A DNA stretch of 62,036 nt from Fonticula alba ATCC 38817 (Eukaryota; Protista; Nucleariida): the NCBI GenBank assembly GCA_000388065.2, contig KB932201.1. One strand, written 5' to 3'. Below are positions 24,790 to 36,384 of this stretch, one piece after another. The notes below the pieces were generated by a model. It saw only the letters and a list, made by a program, of their open reading frames with translations, searched no databases and had not been told where the DNA came from. Numbering within the stretch: the stretch's first letter is position 1; each line of letters begins with the position of its first letter. The translations under genes were made by a program, and so were the position numbers.

Positions 24790-27168
24790 ATGTCGGGTGC
24801 GCCTTTCACGATCGCCTCCAGCACGCACTACCCATCGCCAGCTCACTCGGTCCCCCCCCCGCCCCCCCGCCGCAGCCCCTCCCCATCCTGGTAAGAACCT
24901 GTCCGTGCAGCAGGTCTGCGACATGGTCCACCACTTGAACATCAACCCGGAGTCGCTCCACCGCGCGGGCATCGACGGCGAGAAGCTTCTCGGTGTGCGT
25001 CGGCCTCCCCGCCGAAACTCCCCCTCTTTGGCGTCATGCTCATGGTGTCCGGCTTCCTCTCTCTCTCTCTCTCCTGACCCCTCCTCCCGCCCACCCTCCC
25101 CTCCGAAGATGAATCCCGACGTCCTGGTCCACGACTTCGGCTATGCCCCGCCCGAGGCCGATGCCATCCTGCGGACCTTCCACAACCCGGAGCACGAGCG
25201 CCGCGAGCGCCGCCCCATGCGCCCGCGCAATCCCGAGGGCCAGCAGCCCACTCGCGGCATTGTCCAGGGAACCGAGGAAGACGCCGACCAGGTGCGCCCA
25301 CAGATGTCCCTGCCGTGGTCTGGAACCGCTCCTGGGCCTTGGCCAGATGCCCAAGACCGGCAGCTCCGACGGGGATGGCAGGGGGAAGGGCAGCAGGATG
25401 CCGCTGCTTTTACTGACCAGCTCCCGACTGTCGCACAATGCCGGTAGCTTTTCGCCGACTCCGGCGACGCCTCGATCGCCAGCTTCCAGAACATGCCGGT
25501 CAACTGCACCGGCGAGAACATCCCGGCCCCGATCTCGGGCTTCGATCAGGCCGACTTCCCGGCGGGGCTCTACGAGAATGTCGTCCGGTCGCGGTACACC
25601 CAACCGTCGCCGGTCCAGGCGCATGCCATTCCGGTCATCGTGGCCGGTCGCGACCTGATGGCCTGTGCGCAAACCGGCTCCGGCAAGACCGCGGCCTTCC
25701 TCCTGCCGATTATCTCGCTCCTGATGAAGCAGGACCCCCTGCCGGCGCCGAAGGACCCCCGGTCGCGGGCCGTCCGCCCGCAGGCCATCGTTGTCTCGCC
25801 GACGCGCGAGCTGGCTTGCCAGATTTTCGACTCCTGCCGCAAGTACACCTACAAGACCCCGATTCGGCCGTGCGTCGTGTATGGCGGTGTGCATCATGAG
25901 CTTCAGATCGAGCAGATGACCAAGTACGGGGCCGACGTTCTGATTGCCACCCCCGGGCGTCTGCTTCATCTGCTGGAGACCCCGGGCCTGCTGGACATGT
26001 CCTTTGTCCGGTACGTCGAGCACGCCTGCTCATCCCTCCGCCTCTCCGGCGGCCGCCGCCCTCTTCAGCCTCCTTCAGCTCCTCGCCTTGAATCTTGCGC
26101 CCTCCTCTCTCCCGCCCTCCTCTCTCCCCCACCCCACCCTCTTTCTAATGGCCCATCTGCGCGTGATGCGGGACACATTGCTCCCCGCGTATCCGCGCCC
26201 CCCAAAGCTTCCTCGTGCTCGATGAGGCCGATCGGCTCCTGCACTTCGGCTTCGGCGACCAGGTCAACCAGCTGCTCAACTACCTGGACCCGGACTTTGT
26301 GCGAGTCATGATGTTCAGTGCCACCTTCCCGCCGGCCATCCAGCAATTGGCCCAGCGCATCCTCTCGCAGGATTACGTCTTCCTGAGCGTCGGCCGAGTC
26401 GGGTCCATGGCCTCCTCCATCGACCATGTGGTGGACTATGTCGAGGAGTCGGACAAGCATGCGGAGCTGGTCAACCACCTGCGTGACCTGCCGCCCAACC
26501 ACCTGGTCATCGTCTTTGTGCAGACTCGCATCCAATCCGACTCGCTGATGAACTACCTCCTTCAGCTGGGCTTCCCCACCACCACCCTGCATGCGGACAT
26601 GAGCCAGTACCACCGGGAGTACGAGCTGAATGAGTTCCTCACCCGGCGCAAGAGCATCCTCGTGGCCACCGATGTGGCCTCCCGCGGCTTGGACATCCCC
26701 AATGTGACGACCGTCATCAACTTCGACATGCCGGCCACCATCGACGATTACACCCACCGGGTGGGCCGTACCGGGCGCGTTGGCCGCAAGGGCCTGGCCA
26801 TCAGCTTCTTCAATGACGCCGACACGGCCCTGGCCGGGCCGCTGCTGGATGCCCTGATGGAGGTGGGCGCCCCGATCCCCGAGTGGCTCGAGGCCTTGGC
26901 CCTGGAGAACCGTGGCCACGGCGGCCAGTCCCGCTACCGTCGGGGCGGCAACCACCACATTGATCGGGACATCCGTGGCCCGGCGGCCAGTGGCGGCGGC
27001 GGTGCCGCCCCCCGGGCCGGTGGCGCTGGCGTCTCCCACCAGATGCCCGCCGCCTCGGCCCCGGCCGCCTCCGGGTCTTCCGCTCAGGCCGCCCCTGTGT
27101 CGGCCACTCCCGCCACTTACGAGTCGATGAACCGGAGTCAGGAGACCTACTCCTCCTGGGACATTTGA
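24790..27168 (+). CDS. DEAD-box RNA helicase of the DDX3/Ded1/Vasa clade with N-terminal SAM-like domain (~610 aa, 5 exons)
   Basis: Exons 24790-24796, 24876-24994, 25109-25291, 25448-26010 and 26208-27168 keep frame with GT-AG ends. Motifs: Q (YTQPSPVQ), I (AQTGSGKT), Ia (SPTRELACQI), GG, Ib (TPGRL), II (DEAD), III (SAT), V (TDVASRGLDIP) and VI (HRVGRTGRVG). Clade signatures are QLFADSG..FQNMPVNCTGENIP, GRDLMACAQTGSGKTAAFLLPI, YVFLSVGRVGS and a terminal Trp (SSWDI). Confidence 0.95.
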
Positions 27169-27928
27169 GTGGCTTTGCCTTTTCTGCCCCTTCTTGGCTC
27201 CCCCTCCCTCGGCGAGCGCCCTCGGGCGCCCCATGCTCGCGCATAGCCGCGCTCATGTGCTTGTCCAGCCCTCCCGGCTGTTGGCTATACGAGATTCCCC
27301 AACACCCCATGCAGCAATACACACGGCACATGCATTCTCCATGCGATTCTTCGGACGACGGGCGAGTCGGTCGAGTGCACCGGCTTTCATCATGGCCCCT
27401 GCTGCCTGAAAGTGAGAGGCGGGGGAATGACCAGGCACAGGCCTGCCTGCCTGTTCGCTGCGGCCTTTGCCTTGCTCGGTGGCGGCGGAGCCGGCAAAGG
27501 GGCGCAATCCGGCAACCGGGCACCAGTCAGGGGTGGCCAACAATGTGCCTTTTGTGTCACGTGCACGTCAGGCGTGACGTACTCTGCGCATTTTCAGGAT
27601 CCCCCTCGGCCCGCGAGGTGTGGCCCACCACGGTACCGGACCGGACCGGACGACACGGTGGCCGGCCAACGAAGAGGGGCGGACAATGCGGTGGCGATCC
27701 CTGTCCCCATCCCCTCCCATGCTGACACCCTGTGCTCGGGGCAGAGCCGGTCCTTGTTCCCCGCCCGGGAGGGGCGCCTCGGGGGTCGCGGGGCATTTTT
27801 CAGACACGCCGATTGCCCTCGCTCCGCCTCCGGAGGGACTGGCATCCGTACNNNNNNNNNNCCCCCCATCCGACAGATCCCGCCCCACCACCTCCCACCG
27901 CCGGCTCGTGAGACGACCAGAGAACGAG

Positions 27929-29073
27929 ATGACCAAGGGCAAACCCCAATCCTCCAGTGCGTCCGCTTTCCCTGCCTCCCAGCCTCGCTGGTGCCCTGAT
28001 CGGCCCCTCTGACCGCTCTCTCGCTTCCGGGACTCTGTGCTCCGCCCTCCCCCGCGCTCCCCCCCCCCCCTCCTCCCTGATCACCACCCGAAAGATCTTG
28101 AGGCCTTCTCCCAGGCTGTGTCCAACATCCTGGGCACGAAGACGCGCTCAGTCTCTGCGGTACGCGTTCAGCCGCATATATGGGGCTATACATACATATG
28201 ACTGCACCAAGACGCTGTCCCCGCCCCCCCCCCCCTTCCATTGTCTGACCTGTTTGTGAAACCCCCAGACCCCTGTCCTTTCGCAGTCTCGCCAGCTGGA
28301 CAAGGCCATCGAGAAGGAGCGCGCCGAGCGTCGGGCCCTTCTGAAGAAGCGTGCCGAGCGTCGGGCCGAGCGTCGTCGTGGCCATGTCCCGCCCCCTCGC
28401 TATGGCAGCGCCTCCAGCCGGTCTGCGGCTCTGGCCACCCAGTGGGACATCCCCTATGAGCGTCAGCTCCGTCGCGTGGCCACCAAGGGCGGTGCGTGGC
28501 CCTTGTGGCGCCTTTTCCGGGGCTTTGCCTTCTCTCCTGGTGGACATGCCTGTGAGACCCTCCGCTGACTCGGTCCTCCTTCTTCCCTTCCCCTTGCAAC
28601 CATGGATGCACTCATTTGTTGTTGGGGGCGGCTTGCTTTTTTCGCCCCCTTGCTCCTTCAGCGGTCCATCTTTTCAATGCCATCTCCAAGCACAAGGCCC
28701 AGGTCGAGGAGACCGTCGAGTCCGTCAAGACCTCCACCGAGAAGGAGAAGGGTACGTCGGCTTCTTGGGCGGTGGTCGGCTTTCACGGTGCTCCCAGGGC
28801 TTGCCATTGCCTTTCTCCCCCGCCTCCTCTCTTCGCCCGGCGCAGGAGAACCAAGCCTCACCCACCCTTTGCTCTTCCATTGCGCTGTCCCTCCCCCTCG
28901 CCTCGTCGCCCGCCGGGTCCACAGTCACCAAGCTGTCGAAGGACTCCTTCCTGGATTTGCTGAAGAATGTGGCCAAGGACAAGCCGGCTCCGGGCTCCCT
29001 TTCCAATGCTGCCAAGGCCCAGCTCGAGCTTCCCAAGGCCGGCTCCCTGTCCTTGCCTTCGCTCTGTGCGTGA
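27929..29073 (+). CDS. RRP15: Ribosomal RNA-processing protein 15
   Basis: Spliced YERQLRRVATKG|AVHLFNAISKHK matches the RRP15 core (ER.LRKIATRGVVQLFNAV.KHQ), followed by VTKLSKDSFLDLLK. Confidence 0.85.
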
Positions 29074-29444
29074 TGCCATCCTCTCCTGCTGCCTCTTGTG
29101 TTTCCCCGCACACGCATGTATGCGTGAGCCTCCCTTTCTGAACAGCAACTCTGACCATCCCGAGATTGTGCCCTTTCTTAGAAACCTCCCACGCACATTG
29201 TCGCCTCGTCCCTCCCTCTCTCCCTCTCTCTCTCTCTTCACCCCCGCCTCCGGCTGTAAAAGGCTCTCCCTTTATGTTGGCTCTCTCACTCCACAGGGGG
29301 GGGGATTCGGCCATGCACACGCTTGTGTGCGCTTGTGTATTGGTGCACGCGTGTGTACTTCGCACACGTGTGTGTGCCCATTGTATCTTTAGTTTCATCC
29401 TGGCCGTTGCCCGCGGCTTCCAGACAAAAATAGACAACACCCTT

Positions 29445-31589
29445 TCATTCGGAGTCGGAGCTCAGGTCATCCGAATCGTCGGAGTCCGAGTCGTCGTCAT
29501 CCGAGTCGTCATCGGAGCCATCATCCGATGGGCTGGCCTGCCCGGAGCCGGGAGCGGCAGTTCGGCGTGCGCCGGGCCGGGCATTCCGCGCGACGCCACT
29601 CGGCGGCGATGAAGTGCTAAGCTCACTGGCCACTACACGAAGACGGGCGAGCGTCACCCCCCGATCGGGAATCGCGCACAAGTGCCAGCACATGGACACA
29701 CGCACGCGCACGCACGCACGCACGCGCGCACAGACGTACACGCGCAATCGGGCAATTTGGTCAGACGGATGGGGGGAAAGCGCGAGGATCGACATGGATG
29801 GGAGAAGGTGGCGCACCCTTGACATGACTGTAAAAGGAGGAGGTGGACCCGATGGACCGGGGGACTGTCCGGGCAGGAGCCCGGCGGCCGGACATACGGC
29901 CCGAGTCGGATCCGCTCCCCCCGCTGCTGCCGAACTCCGCCGGGGTCAGGCAACCGGGCGTGGTGGGGGTTGTGGTGCCGCTGGATCCGGGCCCGCCGGC
30001 TCCACCAGCCCCGACCCCACCAACCGGTCCCCGAGCACCACCACCACCACCACCACCACCGACCGACTGGGCCCACGGAGAAGCCGTCAAGGTCGGCCGA
30101 GGGGGCGCAGCCACAGGCGCCACTGACCCTTGGACACTGGCAGACAGCGCGGGAGTCTGAGACTGCGGGCGGTGCTGCGCTTCGGACGGCGCATGAGGAG
30201 CCGAGCCGCTGGCACTACCGACAGCGATGGAGAGTGGACCGGGATTGGGGCCGGCATTCGGGCCGGAGTTCAGACTGGCGCCGGCCGGGCTGGCACGGAC
30301 GGGGCTCATCCCTCGGCCAGCGGGCGATCGGGCGGATGACGGCGATGGCGACGGCGAGGAGGAGAGCCAGTCATCGGAGTCCGGGGAGAACCCCACCGCC
30401 GGGGCCGCCGGCGAGGTGGGCTCCGCCTCTGCCCGAGTGGAGGCAACGGCGGGCGAGGCGACCGGCCGCATCGGGGGCGTGGTGGAGGAGGCAACATGCG
30501 GGGACGTTTGTGAGAAGCGCGAGCGCTTCTCCGCCGGAGGTCTCCCCCGGTCGCTGGCTGGCGGGCGCTTGCCATCGATCACGCTTGGGGATGAGGTCGG
30601 AGCCGGGGCCGGGGCGTGGCCAGCTTGCGAGCGGCCGGCTTCCTCGTCATCGTCATCGGTGCACGAGGAAAAGGCACCGGCTCCCGGGCCGGCATCATCA
30701 TCGTCACTGGAGAAGGCCCCAGCCGCCGAGGAGGAGCGCCGGCCTTGGGAAGCTTGCTGAGAAGACAGCGAGGCTTGAGTCGAACGCCGGGACGCCGGCT
30801 GCTTGGCCAGACCCTGGGCAGGCAAGCTGCTGAAGGGCCCCTGCCGGGAGGACGTCATTCGGAAGCGGGAGCCAATGCGCTCCAGCACCAGGGACTACGA
30901 ATGGACAGGGGGAGGGGGGGGGCACATGAACAGCGGACGCGGTCAGTAAGTCACGCGAAAGGCCGAGTGCAAGACAGAGCCCCGGACCCGGAGCCTACCT
31001 GGGTCTTTTCGTCGTAGACGAAGAGGCACTCGTAGCGCGGCCCACCGCCGCCGTGCGGGTCATCCGGGGCCGGGGGGCATTGGGGGCCATCAAAGAGGTG
31101 GTTTTTTTGATGAGCCTGCTGTCCCCGAGGGCATCATGAGGGGGGAAGCAGTGTGAGGGCACGGAGCAGGGGAAGGAAAAGGAGGAAAAACAGCCTTGCA
31201 AAGACACCGCGGACGCACCTCATCCGGGGCAGTGCCGCGAAGGGTCGACGGAAACTGCAGGTGCCAGTCGGAGCTGTCACCGGTGGCGGGACGCAGCCGG
31301 CCAGCTTGGGTTGCATCCACGGTTTGCGGGATCTGATTGACTGGGGAGGGGGGGGGGGGGGAGGTACGGGATTAGGAGGGGAGAAGGGAGCGGGGTGCGG
31401 ATTACTCGCGAGGGGGAAGGAGAAATGAGGAGACGCACACTCGAACAGGTGCAATGTCGGACTATCGACGCTGCTGTAAGATTCGATGCTCGTGAGGGAC
31501 TTCGTGTCGCCGGTTAGCTGGCCGTCCAGGAGGGACCGGCCAACTGACAGCTGGAAGGAGGAGAAGGTGTGGTTGCCCCGGGAGGCCAT
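29445..31589 (-). CDS. EAF1: ELL-associated factor (EAF) family protein
   Basis: Spliced FQLSVGRSL..TLHLFE|FNQIPQTVDATQAGRL..|HLFDGPQ..YECLFVYDEKTQ|SLVLERIGSRFRM matches the EAF domain (LRLGESF..FHTIRYDFKPASID..GEL..FKG..DCVLIINHDTGEYVLEKL). It is followed by a Ser/Pro-rich region and the acidic end DDSDDLSSDSE typical of EAFs. Confidence 0.75.
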
Positions 31590-31648
31590 CCTTCCAACAG
31601 CGAGGAACGGAGAAGCGATACTGGCGGTGGCGTGGAGGAGGACCAAAG

Positions 31649-31684
<36 letters not shown>

Positions 31685-32303
31685 GGCCAAGAGGGGAGGA
31701 AGAAGGGGCATCCTCGTGCAGGCGCCCCGGGCTGGGGGCAAATCAATCCCGCCGGCCGAGGGCGCTGGAGCCGGAGTCTTGCATCTCCCCCCCCCCCCCC
31801 CGGGGAAAGGGCGTGCCAGGCCAATCCAGGAGCCGGACCAGGCCATGAGGCTCCCTCTCTCTCTCTCTCGCTCTCTCCCTCCGCCTCGCTCTCCGCGTCG
31901 CTCTCCGCCTCGCTCTCTCGGTCGGTCCTTCACGTTTGCCCAAGAGACAAAGGGGATCGGCCGCCGGTGTGGAGCGAAAGTGATGAAGGTGTCAGGGCGG
32001 ATCGCCGGCCCCGAGCGGATGCCAACGCTTGGCCGATCGTCTGTTCTGTCCGAGGCGCGTCTTTTCGTACATGTTCATTCTCCTGTGCACCTTTTGGGAG
32101 GTTGTCTTGGCGCATTGTCCCCCCCCCCCCCTTGCACACACATCCACAGGCCCTCCACATCGATGGGGAAAGGAGGTGTGCGTCCTCAAACACACCAGCA
32201 AGCTTAGCCGTCGCCACCATTTGCCCAAAGAAGGGAGCACCAACAGCCGGAATTACGGTGCAGCGTGTGTATAGTTGTTTATTGGATGTGCAAAAGGACC
32301 CAT

Positions 32304-32340
<37 letters not shown>

Positions 32341-32451
32341 AGGAAAAGAAGAAGGGAGAGACCCTCCTGACGGGCGTCCCCCTGTCCCAGCACCCGGCGT
32401 CCAGCCACCGAGCAAAGGACCGAGGGCGGGAGGCGGGCACATGAACGGCCC

Positions 32452-33299
32452 CTAGACCTCATCCTCATCGAGGAGCATGTTGGGGATGGACTTGACAATC
32501 GGGAAGACACGGCCAGACTCCGGGCAGGTGAGAGACCCCTCGACAACGTCGAGCTAATTTTTCGAAGCCCGAGATCAAGGGGGCGAGGCGAGGAAAGCGC
32601 ATCATCAAGTGTCAATTGCCAAGGGGGAAATCCGTGCGAGAGGACAGGGGCCGGGCCTGAACAGGGCCCCCGACAAGGGGGGAAAAAAAAAACACCGAAC
32701 ACCGCGACGCACATAGAAGAGGATACGGTAAATGGTCTTGCGCTCCTGCTCGGTGAGGGAAGCCAGATCGGGGTTCGAGCTGGAAGCCACGGTGGCCGCA
32801 TCGACGCCCATCGAGGGGCTCACGGCGACCTTCGGGGGGGGAAGGCCCTCAGCGTGGCCAAGCTGCGGGTGGTGCACACGCCACCAGGGGGTGAGGGAGG
32901 GCGAGGGGGAGGTCTCGCACGTCAATGGGAAGGGGCGGGAAAAAAACAGGGGGGGCCGGCGGCTCGAGAGGGAGAGAGAGAGAGAGAGAGAGAGGAAGGA
33001 AGAGAAAACCAGGGTAACGGGAGGAAAACAACGAGGGAAGTCCCACGCACAGCAGAGGCAGCCTGGTGCAGGACCGAGTAGACGACCTTGGGCCAGATGT
33101 TGGCCATGACATCGTCATTGTACTCCGGCAGGCCGTACTCGCCATCACTGGCGTCCGAGTCCTCGGCCATCTGCTCGGCGATGGCCTTCTCGGCCACTTC
33201 GTCAAGGAAGCGCACCTCGGTGGCGGCAAGCCCGAGCGGGTAGCCGTTCTTGACGCCACGCACGTGGGAGCACATCAGGTTGTGGGCGAGCAGACGCAT
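32452..33299 (-). CDS. TRM112: Multifunctional methyltransferase activator TRM112
   Basis: Exons 33299-33051, 32862-32713 and 32553-32452: [30 protein letters not shown]...[33 protein letters not shown]. Confidence 0.93.
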
Positions 33300-33375
33300 G
33301 GTGGAGGGAGAAAGGGGAGGAGCACGGCAAGAGGGCAAACCGGGGGAGGGGAACACAGAAGCGGGGGAGGAAAGG

Positions 33376-33411
<36 letters not shown>

Positions 33412-33777
33412 CGAGGAGGGAGTTCTACTGTGGCCGGAGTCAGACGTGCCCTTCTTCGGGATCTCACTGAAAAAAGGCGCGGCGATCTTGCCATGCTGGC
33501 TGGGGGTGGGCTCTGGCCGCGGGGCAGACGACCCGCGAATGAGCCCCCCGTCTGCGGAAACGGCCCCAGCCAGAGAGCGGCGAGGCCGGCGGCCGCGTGC
33601 CCGCCCGCCCCCCTCATCCCCCTCCCGCAGGAAGGCAGAACACCCGCGACAAGGCCTCAGGGATCGACCATGCTTCCATCGTGCCCGGGGAACATGTGAT
33701 GTGCTTCTGGTATATCAGAATAGCCGGCCAAGAAGATTCGGATCGACCGGAGAAGCCCCTGGCACGCCAGCCGGCGG

Positions 33778-33816
<39 letters not shown>

Positions 33817-34061
33817 GCCCCCTGCCGGTTTTTGTCCCCCCGCCCCGCTGGAGGAGGGGGAAAGGAAAGGCCCAAGCGGGTCATGACATGGTGTGTATTG
33901 TGTTGTAGGCCGAAAAAAAAGGGGAAACAGGAAGGGAGAGAGAGAACGAGGAAGGGGGGGGGGAGGGGGAAGCCCAGGACTCCTGAACGCGGAGGGAGAG
34001 CACGCGCTGACACGGGGCCAGCGCAAAGGCAGTCGGCGCACGGGAAAAACGGGCGATACAT

Positions 34062-36329
34062 CTAGACGTCCCAGTCATCCACCTCGGCCGGCATGGGCAT
34101 GGGAGGGATGGCAGGCACACGGGGAGGAGAGACGGAGACCGGGGTCAGGACCGGAGGGGCATCTCCCTCGCCGGCCGGCCGGCTGGCCACCGAAAGGCCA
34201 ATGGTGGGGACCGTGACCGGGGCCAGGCTCTCGTCGGACCAGGCATTCGAGACGCCGGCGCGTCCGGCCTCCCGGGCGGTGATGGTCGGGGCGCCGGCCG
34301 CAGAAGCGCCGCCACTGGCATCGCCACCGGCAGCAGGAGCAGCAACGGCCCCAGCAGTGTCACTGGTGGCCATGGCCCCCGCGGCAGGACCGCTGGCCGA
34401 GGAGGGGGGAGTGCCGTCGGTCGCCGGCGCCGGGTGATCATCATCACCCCAAGCCGATGATGACGGGCCGCCAGCCAGCGAGGAAGACAGCAGGGAGAAG
34501 GCATTCGGCACGACCGGCAACAGGGAAGCAGCGGCCGGAGCCGGGGCCGGGATCAGCCGCGGAGGCCCGGCCAGGGCCCCGGAAGAGGAGCTCCCCCCCG
34601 GGACCATGCGCCGCACCGTGACAAAGGGCGTCTCCAGGGTCATGTTCGGCAGGAGCCAGGCAGCCTCGAGCTTCAACTGCCGGAGGAAGGTCCGGATGTC
34701 GATGGTCGAGGTGAAGGCCTGGGCCAGCTCGGCCCCCAGCTGGGCATCGGTCTCGGCCGAAGCCAGGAAGGCCTTGCTGTCGGTAAGTGAGGCGTCCAGC
34801 TCCGGGGGCCCGGCGGTGGCGCGCTGCTGGTGGCTGTGGTACAGGTGCTCGAAGGAACTGCATAGGCTGACCAGGGCCTCCTTCAGGGCATGCAACACCC
34901 GCAGATACTCCTCCGGGGTTTCGGTAAAGCCACTACCCACCCCCAGGACCAGGACACTGCACTGGTCCGGCAGCAGGGCCAACGACCCATCCGCCTGGGG
35001 GATCATGTCGAAGGAGGGACTGCAAGACCGGGCAAAGAGAGCCAATGCCCCCGACACGCGGACCAGCTCCGGCCCGGACAGATGCAGGCAATTGATCCGA
35101 TTGTCGGTGGCCGCCTCGAAGCGCCGGCTCTCCGCCTGGCCGCCGGCCGCGGCGGCAACCGCGGCGCCAGCCCCATCAGCGGCGTCCACCTGCCCGGCAC
35201 CAGGGACATCGGCCACCAGCAGCACCCGGCAGAAGGGCACCACAGTGCCAATCCCGCTGGCGCCCGTGTGAGACAGGCGAGAGCGAGCCGTTTGCGCCGG
35301 GCCGGATGCCGCCCGGGCGGCGGCCGACTGGTGCTGGTGCGAGGCGGCCTGCGCGGCGGCCAGGCTATCCGGCGCGGCCGGGTCAAACTGGAAGTCCTCC
35401 TCCTCCTCGCCCCGGCCGGCGGGCTGGGTCAGGAGGTCCTGCTGGTCCAGCGGCGTCAGGCCCAGGGCGGCGGCCCAATCGCCGCTCAGGAAGAAGGAAG
35501 ACAGGCGCGTCGGTGGCGCCTGGAGAACGGCCCCGGACACCACACGCGTGACCACGACATACCGGTGCGGCGGCCGGCCCACCGACCGGGCCGACAGGAA
35601 ACGCGCCGGCTGGAAGGCCTCGATCAGGATGTAGCACAGGTGCCGGAGGTTCTTCGGCAGGGGGGGCAAATTGAGGGTCTGCTCGTAGGGGCTGGAGGCG
35701 AAGGCCAACAGCGAGTCCTCCAAGCCGCGCAGGATGCGTGACACCACCGGCGACCGGAGGACAAACCGGAACAGCCGGACCCCCTCGGCCAGGGCCAGGT
35801 GCCAGTGCGCGTGGCGCTCCAGCAGCCCGGCCAGCCGCTCGGACTGGGCTTGGATGTCGGTGGTCGAACGGACCGGGCCGATGGCGCCGGCCGCGGCCGA
35901 GGCCGCCATGGCGCCAGCCGTGGCCACCGTGCCCGCGGGGCTGGCGCCCGCCGCATTGCCCATGCGCCAGGACATGGCACCCGAACAGTGGGCATCGCAG
36001 CGAGGCGGCTCGGCCGGGGGGGTCCTGCTCCCACGGCAGCGCAAGGACACCACCCGCAAGCCACAGGGGCAGGCCGCCCGTGTGGCCGTCGAGCAGGGCC
36101 CGGCCTCCTCGCAATCGGCCTGGGTCCCGGCATGGCAGGGAAGCTGGCACGCGTGGCCGCACCCCCGGCGCCGGCCACACGGATGCTGGCAGGGAGTCAG
36201 GCGCCCGGCCGCCGCGGGGTCGGCAACCAGCGCCTGGAAGCGCAGGAGGTCCGGATCGCCCGTCGCCTGAGCGCTGGTGCCCGTGGTGCTAGCACCGGCG
36301 CCGGTGATCGAACGGGGAACCCCGCCACT

Positions 36330-36384
<55 letters not shown>

